Positions 11,799-22,446 of a stretch of 64,000 nucleotides of DNA are shown piece after piece; the stretch's first letter is position 1; each line of letters starts with the position of its first letter. The DNA comes from Bacteroidota bacterium. GTDB lineage: Bacteria; Bacteroidota; Bacteroidia; Bacteroidales; VadinHA17. The notes under the pieces were generated by a model. That model had not been told where the DNA came from. It saw only the letters and a list, made by a program, of their open reading frames with translations, and searched no databases. A program made the position numbers and the translations under genes. The stretch is from positions 6,583 through 70,582 of the forward strand of contig JAAYDB010000143.1 in the NCBI GenBank assembly GCA_012729475.1. Reading direction: 5' to 3'.

Positions 11799-12349
11799 TG
11801 TATGTACCCGCGCTGAAAAAAAAGTATAAAGACGAGATCGTCCCTGCATTAATAAAGGAATTTGGTTATCCTACTGTAATGCAGGTGCCCAGGCTGGAGA
11901 AAATAGTACTCAATCAGGGTGTTGGACAGGCAATAGCTGACAAGAAACTTTTGGAATCCGGTGTGAAGGAATTATCAGATATAACCGGACAAAAAGCAGT
12001 TCTTACCTATTCCTCAAAGGATATATCCAATTTCAAACTAAGAAAAAATATGCCAATTGGTATAATGGTTACTCTGAGGAAAGACAGGATGTATGAATTC
12101 CTTGAAAGACTGATAGCTGTAGCATTACCCCGTATCCGCGATTTCAAGGGTATTAATGCCAAACTCGACGGAAAAGGAAATTATACACTCGGTATAACTG
12201 AACAGATAATATTCCCTGAGATCGATCTTGACAAGGTTACCAGGATAATGGGCTTGCAGGTCACTTTTGTCACTTCTGCAAAAAGCGATGAAGAGGCATT
12301 GGTTCTGCTGAAAAATTTTGGGTTACCATTTAAAACATCTAAAAACTGA
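11798..12349 (+). CDS. rplE: 50S ribosomal protein L5
   Basis: 183 aa, with ...[16 protein letters not shown]... 1-nt overlap with the rplX stop. Confidence 0.97.
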   Translation: MYVPALKKKYKDEIVPALIKEFGYPTVMQVPRLEKIVLNQGVGQAIADKKLLESGVKELSDITGQKAVLTYSSKDISNFKLRKNMPIGIMVTLRKDRMYEFLERLIAVALPRIRDFKGINAKLDGKGNYTLGITEQIIFPEIDLDKVTRIMGLQVTFVTSAKSDEEALVLLKNFGLPFKTSKN

Positions 12350-12353
12350 AAAT

Positions 12354-12623
12354 ATGGCTAAGGAATCAATGAAAGCCCGCGAAGTTAAACGAGCAAAACT
12401 GGCTGCCAAATATTCTGAAAAACGAGCAAAATTAAAAGCTGAAGGTAATTATGTTGCCTTAAGCCGCTTACCAAGAAATTCTAATCCCAACAGGCAAAGA
12501 AACCGTTGTAAGCTGACAGGTCGTAGCAGAGGATATATGAGACAGTTTGGAATAAGCAGGATTACATTCCGTGAAATGGCTTCATTTGGAATAATACCCG
12601 GCATTAAGAAAGCAAGCTGGTAG
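12354..12623 (+). CDS. rpsN: 30S ribosomal protein S14 (long, Cys-poor form)
   Basis: 89 aa from ATG 12354, [13 protein letters not shown]...GIKKASW. The in-frame ATG at 12318 lies inside rplE and is rejected. Confidence 0.95.
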   Translation: MAKESMKAREVKRAKLAAKYSEKRAKLKAEGNYVALSRLPRNSNPNRQRNRCKLTGRSRGYMRQFGISRITFREMASFGIIPGIKKASW

Positions 12624-12661
12624 AAATAAGTAATGGAAATAAACTATATAAACAATAAAAG

Positions 12662-13060
12662 ATGACGGATCCGATTGCAGATTTGCTGACCAGAATAAGA
12701 AATGCCATTATGGCCGGTCATAAAGTAGTGGAGGCACCAGCATCCAATCTTAAGAAAGAGATTGCCAGAATATTATTTGAAAAAGGATATATTCTCAGCT
12801 ATAAAGTGGTTGATGATGAAAGCAAACAGGGAATTCTGAAAATAGCTCTCAAATATAATCCTAAGAATAAAAAACCTGCAATAAAAGGATTGCAGCGTAT
12901 CAGCCGCCCGGGTCTCAGGTACTATTCAGGTGTCGACGACATTCCAAGAGTGTTGAATGGACTGGGAATAGCTATTATTTCAACATCAAGGGGCCTAATG
13001 ACCGACAAAGAGGCAAAGAGGGATAAGATTGGCGGTGAAGTATTATGTTATGTTTACTAA
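12662..13060 (+). CDS. rpsH: 30S ribosomal protein S8
   Basis: 132 aa, [15 protein letters not shown]... Confidence 0.98.
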   Translation: MTDPIADLLTRIRNAIMAGHKVVEAPASNLKKEIARILFEKGYILSYKVVDDESKQGILKIALKYNPKNKKPAIKGLQRISRPGLRYYSGVDDIPRVLNGLGIAIISTSRGLMTDKEAKRDKIGGEVLCYVY

Positions 13061-13075
13061 AAGGAGGAAAAATTA

Positions 13076-13630
13076 ATGTCACGAATTGGAAAATTACCTG
13101 TAGCCCTGCCCGGAGGTGTCACTGTCAGCATAAGCGACACCAATCTGGTAAGTGTGAAAGGACCACTGGGTGAACTGAATCAGGTTATAGATAAAGATCT
13201 TAAAGTGGAGGTCGCTGATCAACAAATCGTTTTGTCACGGCCTTCTGATTCAAAAAACCACAAATCCCTTCATGGTTTGTACAGGGCATTGATTGCCAAT
13301 ATGGTAACAGGGGTCTCTCAGGGCTTTAAAAAAGAACTTGAGCTTGTGGGGGTCGGTTATCGTGCTGAAGCAAAAGGACAGCAACTGGAACTAAGTCTGG
13401 GTTATTCACATGATATTATCGTTGAACTTCCAGGAGAAGTGAAGATTGAAACAAGGACAGAAAGAAGAAGTAATCCGGTAATTACACTGACATCAATAGA
13501 TAAACAGCTCCTGGGTCATGTGGCTGCCAAGATCAGATCTCTCCGTCCACCGGAACCTTACAAGGGTAAGAGCATAAAATTTGTGGGCGAGCAGCTCAGA
13601 AGAAAGGCCGGGAAATCTGCAAGTGTTTAA
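13076..13630 (+). CDS. rplF: 50S ribosomal protein L6
   Basis: 184 aa, MSRIGKLPV... Confidence 0.97.
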   Translation: MSRIGKLPVALPGGVTVSISDTNLVSVKGPLGELNQVIDKDLKVEVADQQIVLSRPSDSKNHKSLHGLYRALIANMVTGVSQGFKKELELVGVGYRAEAKGQQLELSLGYSHDIIVELPGEVKIETRTERRSNPVITLTSIDKQLLGHVAAKIRSLRPPEPYKGKSIKFVGEQLRRKAGKSASV

Positions 13631-13650
13631 TTCTGTAAAAGCGTATTACA

Positions 13651-14010
13651 ATGGCTCTAACTAAATTGGAAAGAAGAACAAGGATCCGGATGAGAATCCG
13701 GAAAAAAATAAGTGGTACTGCAGAAAGGCCAAGACTTGCAGTTTACCGGAGTAACAAACAGATCTATGTTCAGGTTATTGATGATCTGAACAGGGTAACT
13801 ATTCTTTCGGCTTCTTCAAAAGAAAAAGAAATTACTTCTAAGTCTGCTGTCCGGAAAACAGAACAGGCAAATCTTGTTGGCAAATTGCTGGCATCCAAGT
13901 GCAAAGAAAAAGGAATAGAGAATCTTGTCTTTGACAGAAGCGGATATAAATATCATGGAAGAGTTAAATCATTGGCTGATGCAGCCAGAGAAGGCGGCTT
14001 AAAATTCTAA
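13651..14010 (+). CDS. rplR: 50S ribosomal protein L18
   Basis: 119 aa, with ...[20 protein letters not shown]... Confidence 0.97.
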   Translation: MALTKLERRTRIRMRIRKKISGTAERPRLAVYRSNKQIYVQVIDDLNRVTILSASSKEKEITSKSAVRKTEQANLVGKLLASKCKEKGIENLVFDRSGYKYHGRVKSLADAAREGGLKF

Positions 14011-14016
14011 CAAACT

Positions 14017-14532
14017 ATGGCAGAAGGAATAAGAAAAGTAAAAACCAGTGACCTGGAGCTCAAAGACAGGTTGGTAAGTATACAGAGGGTTACTAAAGTA
14101 ACTAAGGGAGGACGCACATTCAGTTTCTCAGCAATTGTTGTTGTCGGAAACGAAGATGGTATTGTCGGCCATGGTCTGGGGAAAGCCAGTGAGGTAACAA
14201 CAGCTATTGCAAAAGGAATAGAGGATGCAAAGAAAAATCTTATCAGGGTTCCTGTAATAAATGGCACAATACCACACGAGCAGATAGCCAAATTCGGAGG
14301 TGCAAAGGTCTTTATCAAGCCGGCTTCTCCTGGTACAGGTGTCAAGGCAGGAGGTGCTATGCGCGCAGTGCTCGAGAGTGTGGGAGTCAGGAATGTCCTT
14401 GCAAAATCAAAAGGTTCTTCCAATCCTCATAATCTTGTTAAAGCAACTTTAGCTGCACTTCTTCAGGTGCGCGACCCTTACTCAGTGGCCGCACAGAGAG
14501 GTATTAATATGGAAAGAGTGTTTAATGGTTAG
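14017..14532 (+). CDS. rpsE: 30S ribosomal protein S5
   Basis: 171 aa, with ...[21 protein letters not shown]... Confidence 0.97.
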   Translation: MAEGIRKVKTSDLELKDRLVSIQRVTKVTKGGRTFSFSAIVVVGNEDGIVGHGLGKASEVTTAIAKGIEDAKKNLIRVPVINGTIPHEQIAKFGGAKVFIKPASPGTGVKAGGAMRAVLESVGVRNVLAKSKGSSNPHNLVKATLAALLQVRDPYSVAAQRGINMERVFNG

Positions 14533-14547
14533 TAAAGAAAAACACAA

Positions 14548-14727
14548 ATGACAAAGATTCGAATAACCCAGGTGAGAAGCAGGAACAGAAAACCAGAGAG
14601 ACAGAGAAGAACTCTCCTTGCTCTTGGTCTGAGAAAGTTAAACCATAGCGTGGAGCACGAAGCAACACCCCAGATACTGGGTATGGTTGAAAAAATAAAA
14701 CACCTGGTAAAGGTTGAAAATATTTAA
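14548..14727 (+). CDS. rpmD: 50S ribosomal protein L30
   Basis: 59-aa ORF missing from the track because it is under 60 aa: [59 protein letters not shown]. In the expected slot between S5 and L15. Confidence 0.93.
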   Translation: MTKIRITQVRSRNRKPERQRRTLLALGLRKLNHSVEHEATPQILGMVEKIKHLVKVENI

Positions 14728-14753
14728 GGTATAATCTTTATATAAATAGAGTA

Positions 14754-15200
14754 ATGGATTTGAGCAACTTAAAACCTGCAAAAGGATCAGTTAAGAAAAA
14801 CAGACGCCTTGGTCGCGGCCAGGGTTCCGGCAGGGGAGGTACATCCACCAAAGGACATAAGGGAGCGAAATCAAGATCGGGAAACTCAAAAAAAATAGGT
14901 TTTGAAGGAGGTCAGATGCCTCTGCAAAGACGTGTTCCGAAATTCGGCTTCAAAAATATTAACAGAAAAGAATATAAAGGAATCAATTTAGGTGTACTTC
15001 AGAATCTGGCAGATAAGAAAAATCTGGATAAGATCGATCCCGGAGTGCTTATTGAAGCAGGACTGATATCTAAAAATGCACGGATAAAAATCCTTGGGAA
15101 AGGTACACTTGAAAGAAAACTTGAGGTTCATGCACATGCGTTCAGCAAAACAGCTGCTTCTGCAATTGAAACTAAAAATGGAGCAGTCGTAATACTTTAA
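14754..15200 (+). CDS. rplO: 50S ribosomal protein L15
   Basis: 148 aa, MDLSNLKPAKGSVKKNRRLGRGQGSGRGGTS... Confidence 0.97.
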   Translation: MDLSNLKPAKGSVKKNRRLGRGQGSGRGGTSTKGHKGAKSRSGNSKKIGFEGGQMPLQRRVPKFGFKNINRKEYKGINLGVLQNLADKKNLDKIDPGVLIEAGLISKNARIKILGKGTLERKLEVHAHAFSKTAASAIETKNGAVVIL

Positions 15201-15204
15201 TTTC

Positions 15205-16536
15205 ATGAGACTTATTCAGACCATAAAAAATATTCTTAAAATAGAAGATCTTCGTGCAAGATTACTCTATACCCTGGGAATCATTCTCTTATACAGATTC
15301 GGGAAGTATGTCACTCTTCCCGGAATTGATCCCTCACAGCTTGAGGGACTGAGAAACCAGACCTCCTCTGGTATTATGGGATTGCTGGACATGTTCTCAG
15401 GAGGAGCTTTTTCACAGGCTTCAATATTCGCACTTGGAATTATGCCTTATATATCTGCTTCCATTGTGATTCAACTCTTGGGAATAGTCTTTCCCTATTA
15501 TCAGAAATTACAGAAGGAAGGAGAGAGCGGACGTCGTAAAATGAATCAGCATACAAGATACCTGACTGTTATAATACTTATTCTTCAGGCACCTACCTAT
15601 CTGGTCAACCTGAGTGCTCAGCTGCCAGCTTCGGCGTTTATCCTGAAAGGTACTTTTTTCACAATATCCTCTGTGATAATACTTACTGCAGGCACAATAT
15701 TTGTTATGTGGCTGGGAGAAAAAATAACAGACAAGGGTATTGGAAATGGTATCTCACTGATTATTATGATAGGGATTATTGCCAGGCTGCCTTCAAACTT
15801 CGTTTTTGAAGCCGGAACCAGACTGGGAGGAGCAGGAGGAGCTATTGCACTGATTGTTGAAGTGGTATTGCTTTTTGTAGTTGTTCTGGGAACAGTCCTT
15901 CTTGTACAGGGAACCAGACGTGTTCCGGTTCAGTATGCAAGAAGAATAGTGGGAAATAAGCAGTATGGAGGTGTTAGGCAGTATATACCGTTAAAAGTGA
16001 ATGCAGCAGGTGTCATGCCAATAATATTTGCCCAGGCTATTATGATGTTGCCAATTATTATTGCAGGTTTTTCCGTTAATGCAACTTCCGGATTCGTTGT
16101 GGCTTTTTCAGATATGTACGGGTTCTGGTATAACCTCGTAACAGCACTATTGATCATCGCTTTTACATATTTTTATACTGCCATAACGATAAATCCTGTT
16201 CAGATGGCTGAGGATATGAAGAAAAACGGAGGATTTATTCCCGGAATAAAACCAGGCAGAAAAACTGTAGAATTCTTTGATATGATCATGTCAAGAATCA
16301 CTCTGCCCGGGTCAATATTCCTGGCTATTATTGCTATTCTTCCGGCTCTTGCAGTGCAGGTTGGGGTCACTCCCCAGTTTGCACAGTTTTATGGCGGGAC
16401 ATCTCTCCTGATTCTTGTGGGAGTTGTACTTGATACACTCCAGCAAATAGAGAGTCACCTGCTTATGCGTCATTATGATGGTCTGATGAAAACAGGCCGG
16501 ATAAAAGGCCGGACCGGTGGGGTTACGTCAATTTAA
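15205..16536 (+). CDS. secY: Preprotein translocase subunit SecY
   Basis: 443 aa, polytopic membrane protein, with ...GIMPYISASIVIQLL... Follows rplO. Confidence 0.97.
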   Translation: MRLIQTIKNILKIEDLRARLLYTLGIILLYRFGKYVTLPGIDPSQLEGLRNQTSSGIMGLLDMFSGGAFSQASIFALGIMPYISASIVIQLLGIVFPYYQKLQKEGESGRRKMNQHTRYLTVIILILQAPTYLVNLSAQLPASAFILKGTFFTISSVIILTAGTIFVMWLGEKITDKGIGNGISLIIMIGIIARLPSNFVFEAGTRLGGAGGAIALIVEVVLLFVVVLGTVLLVQGTRRVPVQYARRIVGNKQYGGVRQYIPLKVNAAGVMPIIFAQAIMMLPIIIAGFSVNATSGFVVAFSDMYGFWYNLVTALLIIAFTYFYTAITINPVQMAEDMKKNGGFIPGIKPGRKTVEFFDMIMSRITLPGSIFLAIIAILPALAVQVGVTPQFAQFYGGTSLLILVGVVLDTLQQIESHLLMRHYDGLMKTGRIKGRTGGVTSI

Positions 16537-16558
16537 ATATAAATTATTTCGTTCTTTG

Positions 16559-17335
16559 ATGTTGTATCTGAAAACTGATGAAGAGATAGCTTTGATAAAA
16601 GAAAGCAACCAGCTGGTATCGAAAACCCTGGCCGAAGTAGCCAGGCATATACAGCCGGGGGTGAGCACTCTTTATCTGGACAGTATAGCAGAGACATTTA
16701 TCCGTGATCATTCTGCTGTTCCGGCTTTCAAGGGTTATAATGGTTTTCCTGCCACACTCTGTACCTCAGTTAATGATCAGGTTGTTCATGGTATACCGTC
16801 GAAATATACTCTGAAAGAAGGAGATATTATTTCTGTTGATTGCGGAGTGATTCTTGACGGTTGGTATGGTGACAGCGCCTATACTTTCCCGGTGGGAAAT
16901 ATAAAGCAGGAGGTTAAAAAGCTTATCGATTACACCCTTGCTTCCCTGGAAGAAGGTGTTAAAGAAGCTGTTGATGGCAACCGTATTGGTGATATATCGA
17001 ATGCAGTGCAGACAAAAGCCGAAAGCGGAGGATTCACTGTCGTAAGGGAACTGGTAGGACATGGAATAGGGAAAAATCTTCATGAACCTCCGGAAGTACC
17101 TAACTTCGGCAGAAAAGGCAGCGGACATAAAATGTCGAGGGGTTTGGTTATATGTATTGAACCTATGGTAAACATGGGAAGGAAAGAAACTGTACAGTCA
17201 CGTGACGGATGGACTATAAGGACTATTGATGGAAAACCTTCTGCACATTTTGAATATGCAGTTGCAGTTAATAAGGGTAAGGCAGACGTATTGACAACAT
17301 TCGGATTTATTGACGAAGTATTAAATAACATGTAA
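16559..17335 (+). CDS. map: Type I methionine aminopeptidase
   Basis: Taken from ATG 16559 ([16 protein letters not shown]...), with [17 protein letters not shown]. The track start at 16517 overlaps the secY end. Confidence 0.93.
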   Translation: MLYLKTDEEIALIKESNQLVSKTLAEVARHIQPGVSTLYLDSIAETFIRDHSAVPAFKGYNGFPATLCTSVNDQVVHGIPSKYTLKEGDIISVDCGVILDGWYGDSAYTFPVGNIKQEVKKLIDYTLASLEEGVKEAVDGNRIGDISNAVQTKAESGGFTVVRELVGHGIGKNLHEPPEVPNFGRKGSGHKMSRGLVICIEPMVNMGRKETVQSRDGWTIRTIDGKPSAHFEYAVAVNKGKADVLTTFGFIDEVLNNM

Positions 17336-17339
17336 GCCT

Positions 17340-17558
17340 ATGGCTAAACAACCTTCAATTGAGCAGGACGGCACAATTATCGAAGCCCTTTCAAATGCAA
17401 TGTTCAGGGTGGAACTGGAAAACGGGCACGTTATAACAGCTCATATATCAGGTAAAATGCGGATGCATTATATTAAAATACTGCCCGGAGATAAGGTAAA
17501 AGTGGAAATGTCACCATACGATCTGACAAAAGGACGAATAACATTCAGGTATAAATAA
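17340..17558 (+). CDS. infA: Translation initiation factor IF-1
   Basis: 72 aa, ...[24 protein letters not shown]... Confidence 0.97.
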   Translation: MAKQPSIEQDGTIIEALSNAMFRVELENGHVITAHISGKMRMHYIKILPGDKVKVEMSPYDLTKGRITFRYK

Positions 17559-17579
17559 AAAATATTAATAGATAAAATA

Positions 17580-17696
17580 ATGAAAGTAAGAGCATCTGTT
17601 AAAAAACGTAGTGCTGATTGTAAGATAGTCAGAAGGAAAGGACGTCTTTACGTTATTAATAAGAAAAATCCAAAGTTTAAACAGAGACAGGGATAA
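17580..17696 (+). CDS. rpmJ: 50S ribosomal protein L36 (Cys-poor form)
   Basis: 38-aa ORF missing from the track: [38 protein letters not shown]. Lies between infA and rpsM. Confidence 0.93.
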   Translation: MKVRASVKKRSADCKIVRRKGRLYVINKKNPKFKQRQG

Positions 17697-17734
17697 TTTG
17701 ATTAATTTTGCAACCTATTTAAGAAAAATAATAT

Positions 17735-18112
17735 ATGGCACGTATTGTTGGTGTAGATTTACCAAGAAATAAAAGAGGAGAGATAGGCCTTACGTATATT
17801 TACGGAATAGGCAGAAGCACAGCTCAGAAAGTACTTGACGAGGCTGGCGTAAGCCGTGATGTAAAAGTTGAGGACTGGAATGATGAGCAGATTAATAATA
17901 TCCGCCGTATTCTCAATGAGAAATATAAGCTGGAAGGAGAATTACGTTCTGAAACCCAGATGAATATAAAGAGGCTTATGGATATTGGATGTTATCGGGG
18001 TGTTCGTCACAGAATTGGTTTGCCTGTTAGGGGGCAGAGTACAAAAAACAATGCCAGAACACGTAAGGGCAGGAAGAAAACTGTTGCAAACAAGAAGAAA
18101 GCTACTAAATAA
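17735..18112 (+). CDS. rpsM: 30S ribosomal protein S13
   Basis: 125 aa, [14 protein letters not shown]... Confidence 0.98.
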   Translation: MARIVGVDLPRNKRGEIGLTYIYGIGRSTAQKVLDEAGVSRDVKVEDWNDEQINNIRRILNEKYKLEGELRSETQMNIKRLMDIGCYRGVRHRIGLPVRGQSTKNNARTRKGRKKTVANKKKATK

Positions 18113-18121
18113 TAATATATT

Positions 18122-18511
18122 ATGGCAAAAAAGACCGGAGCATTAAAGAAAAGGATCGTAAAAGTTGAATCGTCTGGACAGGCGCATATCCATTCATCGT
18201 TTAATAATATTATTGTGACACTGACCAATAATTCGGGTCAGGTCATATCATGGGCTTCAGCCGGCAAGATGGGATTCAAGGGATCCAAGAAGAATACTCC
18301 TTATGCAGCGCAGATGGCATCGGAAGAGTGTGGCAAGGTAGCTTTTGACCTTGGATTGAGAAAAGTAAAAGTATTTGTCAAAGGTCCGGGTTCAGGAAGA
18401 GAATCAGCAATCAGGTCTCTGGCAAATATGGGAATAGAAGTAACGGAGATTGTCGATGTAACACCATTGCCACATAATGGTTGCCGGCCTCCCGGAAGAA
18501 GAAGAGTTTAA
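18122..18511 (+). CDS. rpsK: 30S ribosomal protein S11
   Basis: 129 aa, with ...[18 protein letters not shown]... and ...[13 protein letters not shown]. Confidence 0.98.
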   Translation: MAKKTGALKKRIVKVESSGQAHIHSSFNNIIVTLTNNSGQVISWASAGKMGFKGSKKNTPYAAQMASEECGKVAFDLGLRKVKVFVKGPGSGRESAIRSLANMGIEVTEIVDVTPLPHNGCRPPGRRRV

Positions 18512-18553
18512 TAATTGTAAAGTTTAGTTGTCTGAAATAAATTAATTAGTGTA

Positions 18554-19162
18554 ATGGCAAGATATACCGGCCCAAAATCAAGAGTCGCAAGAAAGTTCGG
18601 AAGCCCTATCTTCGGCCCCGACAAACACCTGGAAAGAAAAAATTTCCCTCCGGGACAACATGGAATAAACAGGAAGAGAAGAAAAACTTCGGAATATGGT
18701 ATCCAGTTACTGGAGAAACAGAAGGTGAAATATACTTATGGTGTTCTCGAACGCCAGTTCCGTAAAGCTTTTGATAAAGCATCACGATCAAAAGGTATAA
18801 CAGGTGAAGTCCTTCTGCAAATACTGGAATCCCGGCTTGATAATACTGTTTATCGTCTGGGAGTGGCTCCTTCAAGAGCTGCCGCACGTCAGCTGGTTTC
18901 ACACCGTCATATTACCGTTAACGGTCAGATCGTTAATATCCCGTCATATGAATTACATGCCGGAGATATTATCGGGGTGAGGGAGAAATCCAAATCCCTC
19001 GAAGTAGTAGCAGATTCATTATCTGTAAATAATTCTGGTAAATACTCATGGCTCGAATGGGATGATGCCCAGATGGCAGGAAAATTTATGAATAAACCTG
19101 AACGCTCCGAAATACCGGAAGAAGTAAATGAACAACTGATAGTAGAATTGTATTCAAAATAA
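18554..19162 (+). CDS. rpsD: 30S ribosomal protein S4
   Basis: 202 aa, [16 protein letters not shown]... Confidence 0.98.
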   Translation: MARYTGPKSRVARKFGSPIFGPDKHLERKNFPPGQHGINRKRRKTSEYGIQLLEKQKVKYTYGVLERQFRKAFDKASRSKGITGEVLLQILESRLDNTVYRLGVAPSRAAARQLVSHRHITVNGQIVNIPSYELHAGDIIGVREKSKSLEVVADSLSVNNSGKYSWLEWDDAQMAGKFMNKPERSEIPEEVNEQLIVELYSK

Positions 19163-19180
19163 TAATATAAGATAAATTTT

Positions 19181-20173
19181 ATGGCCATATTATCATTCCA
19201 GAAGCCCGATAAAGTAATAATGCTGGAAGCAACCGACAGACTCGGACAATTCGAGTTTCGTCCCTTGGAACCCGGCTATGGTATTACTATAGGCAATGCT
19301 CTGAGGAGGATACTGCTCTCTTCACTCGAAGGGTATGCCATCACAACAGTGAAAATAGATGGTATCGACCATGAGTTCTCAACCATAAAAGGGGTTATCG
19401 AAGATGTTACTGAGATAATACTTAACCTGAAGCAGATCAGATTCAAAAAAATTGTTGAGGATGTCGACCAGGAAAAAGTAACTATTAAGATAGCCAATAA
19501 AGAAGTACTCAAGGCCGGCGATCTTAATGACTTTTTCAGCAGCTTCGAGGTACTTAATCCCGATCTGGTGATCATGAGGATGGAATCTGATGTGAAGATC
19601 AATATGGAACTATCTGTCAGTAGAGGTCGCGGATACGTCCCCGCTGAGGAAAATGAACCTGTTGACAGTGAATTCGGACTTATTGCTATCGATTCTATAT
19701 TTACTCCTATAAAGAATGTGAAATATTCTGTGGAAAACTATCGTGTTGAACAGAAAACTGACTACGAGAAATTATTGATAGAAATAGAAACAGACGGTTC
19801 CATCCATCCGAAAGATGCCCTTAAAGAGGCTGCCAAGATACTTATTTACCATTTTATGCTTTTCTCTGATGAAAAGATAACACTTAATTCCGATGAAAAG
19901 CTGGATAATGAGGAGTTTGATGAGGAGGTTCTCCATATGAGACAGTTGCTCAAAACCAAACTGATAGACCTCGATCTCTCAGTCAGAGCTCTTAATTGTC
20001 TTAAGGCAGCAGAAGTTGAAACACTTGGTGACCTTGTCAAGTTCAATAAGAATGACCTTCTTAAGATCAGGAACTTCGGAAAGAAATCACTTACCGAACT
20101 TGATGAATTACTGGAATCAATGAGCCTTTCATTTGGAATGGATGTAACCAAATACAAGCTTGATAAAGATTAA
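19181..20173 (+). CDS. rpoA: DNA-directed RNA polymerase subunit alpha
   Basis: 330 aa, with ...[17 protein letters not shown]... and a C-terminal domain ...[20 protein letters not shown]... Confidence 0.98.
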   Translation: MAILSFQKPDKVIMLEATDRLGQFEFRPLEPGYGITIGNALRRILLSSLEGYAITTVKIDGIDHEFSTIKGVIEDVTEIILNLKQIRFKKIVEDVDQEKVTIKIANKEVLKAGDLNDFFSSFEVLNPDLVIMRMESDVKINMELSVSRGRGYVPAEENEPVDSEFGLIAIDSIFTPIKNVKYSVENYRVEQKTDYEKLLIEIETDGSIHPKDALKEAAKILIYHFMLFSDEKITLNSDEKLDNEEFDEEVLHMRQLLKTKLIDLDLSVRALNCLKAAEVETLGDLVKFNKNDLLKIRNFGKKSLTELDELLESMSLSFGMDVTKYKLDKD

Positions 20174-20197
20174 TTTGAAATTTGTGAGGATATAGAG

Positions 20198-20827
20198 ATG
20201 CGACATTCAAAAACCATAAACCATTTAGGAAGGAAAAGTTTACACAGAAAAGCGATGCTGGCAAATATGGCGGTATCACTTATTATACATAAGAGGATAA
20301 CTACCACAACAGCCAAGGCAAAAGCCCTGAAAACTTATATCGAACCGCTCATAACAAAATCGAAAGACGATTCAACTCATTCCAGAAGAGTAGTGTTCAG
20401 TTATCTGCAGGATAAAGATGCTGTGTCAGAATTATTCAGGGATATATCTCCCAAAATAGCTGACAGGCCGGGAGGTTATACCCGTATCCTTAAAACAGGG
20501 AACCGTATCGGAGATAACGCTGAGATGTGTATTCTGGAACTTGTTGATTATAATGAAGCAATGTTGGGCGGAACAGACACAGGTAAGACCAGAACACGGC
20601 GCAGAAGAACCGGAAAGAAAAAAACAGAATCTGTTTCTAAAGCAGCAAAGAGTGCCGGAACTGCACCTTTAGCTGAGGCTGTAAATACAAAAGGCGACAG
20701 TGCCCCACCGGCAGAGGAAGAAAAAGTTAAAACCGAAGTAACTGATGTAGCCAACAGCACAGAAGAGGCTGAAAAACCCGTTGAAGAAAGCACAGAAGAA
20801 AAAGATAACAAAGAAGAAGATAAATAA
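20198..20827 (+). CDS. rplQ: 50S ribosomal protein L17 with a long charged C-terminal tail
   Basis: 209 aa. N-terminus [24 protein letters not shown]... is typical L17. The last ~85 aa are a low-complexity K/R-then-E-rich tail. Confidence 0.96.
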   Translation: MRHSKTINHLGRKSLHRKAMLANMAVSLIIHKRITTTTAKAKALKTYIEPLITKSKDDSTHSRRVVFSYLQDKDAVSELFRDISPKIADRPGGYTRILKTGNRIGDNAEMCILELVDYNEAMLGGTDTGKTRTRRRRTGKKKTESVSKAAKSAGTAPLAEAVNTKGDSAPPAEEEKVKTEVTDVANSTEEAEKPVEESTEEKDNKEEDK

Positions 20828-20847
20828 GCTTCTGTTATGATTATCAT

Positions 20848-20886
20848 AAAAGGGATCATCAGTCATAGCTGTATCCCTTTTTTTTG
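20848..20886 (+). terminator. Probable intrinsic terminator of the ribosomal superoperon
   Basis: AAAAGGGAT (20848-20856) pairs with ATCCCTTTT (20873-20881) and runs on into a T-run. The 16-nt loop makes it only moderately convincing. Confidence 0.5.
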
Positions 20887-20920
20887 TATATTGCATTAAT
20901 GTTTAATAAAAATTCAATAA

Positions 20921-22201
<1,281 letters not shown>

Positions 22202-22218
22202 AATATCCTATGGATATT

Positions 22219-22256
22219 AACCCTTCCCGTTTGACTTAAGACGGGAAGGGTTTTTT
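22219..22256 (+). terminator. Intrinsic terminator of eno
   Basis: 10-bp G+C-rich stem CCCTTCCCGT (22221-22230) / ACGGGAAGGG (22241-22250), followed by T6 at 22251-22256. Confidence 0.9.
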
Positions 22257-22350
22257 ATGCAGTGTTGTGTAGCGCTGTCTGTTGTTTATAACAACAAACT
22301 CAGATCTGTTTCCTGATGCCTTATTCTTCGTTTCTGTCACATTTTCCAAC

Positions 22351-22372
22351 GTTATTAACAATTGTTAATAAC
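22351..22372. promoter_or_regulatory. Perfect 22-bp palindrome (candidate dimeric regulator operator)
   Basis: GTTATTAACAATTGTTAATAAC equals its own reverse complement. It sits about 40 nt upstream of the -33 element of the candidate RNA promoter. Confidence 0.45.
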
Positions 22373-22411
22373 TCTTGTTCATATCAGGTTTACAACAAGG
22401 AATATAAATTA

Positions 22412-22442
22412 TTGACATGAGTCATTATTTAAAGTATATTTG
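22412..22442 (+). promoter_or_regulatory. Bacteroidota-type promoter driving the candidate ncRNA
   Basis: TTG at 22412-22414, a 20-nt spacer, then TATATTTG at 22435-22442 (TAnnTTTG). The surroundings are very A+T-rich. Confidence 0.55.
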
Positions 22443-22446
22443 GTAT

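Noticed and set aside
12318-12353. Upstream ATG extending S14 by 12 aa ([12 protein letters not shown]).
   Set aside because: The extension overlaps the 3' end of rpl[14 protein letters not shown] at 12354 is the canonical S14 N-terminus.
16537-16558. Missing adk between secY and map; a possible deletion.
   Set aside because: secY followed directly by map, infA and rpmJ is the normal Bacteroidota arrangement. The 22-bp junction shows no scar.
3014-20827. Many antisense or out-of-frame ORFs of 60-164 aa across the ribosomal superoperon, e.g. 5354-5848, 8848-9267, 9862-10275, 11013-11492 and 14007-14423.
   Set aside because: All lie fully inside unmistakable, highly conserved ribosomal or translation genes, and their products are low-complexity with no recognisable motifs. 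They are typical shadow ORFs.
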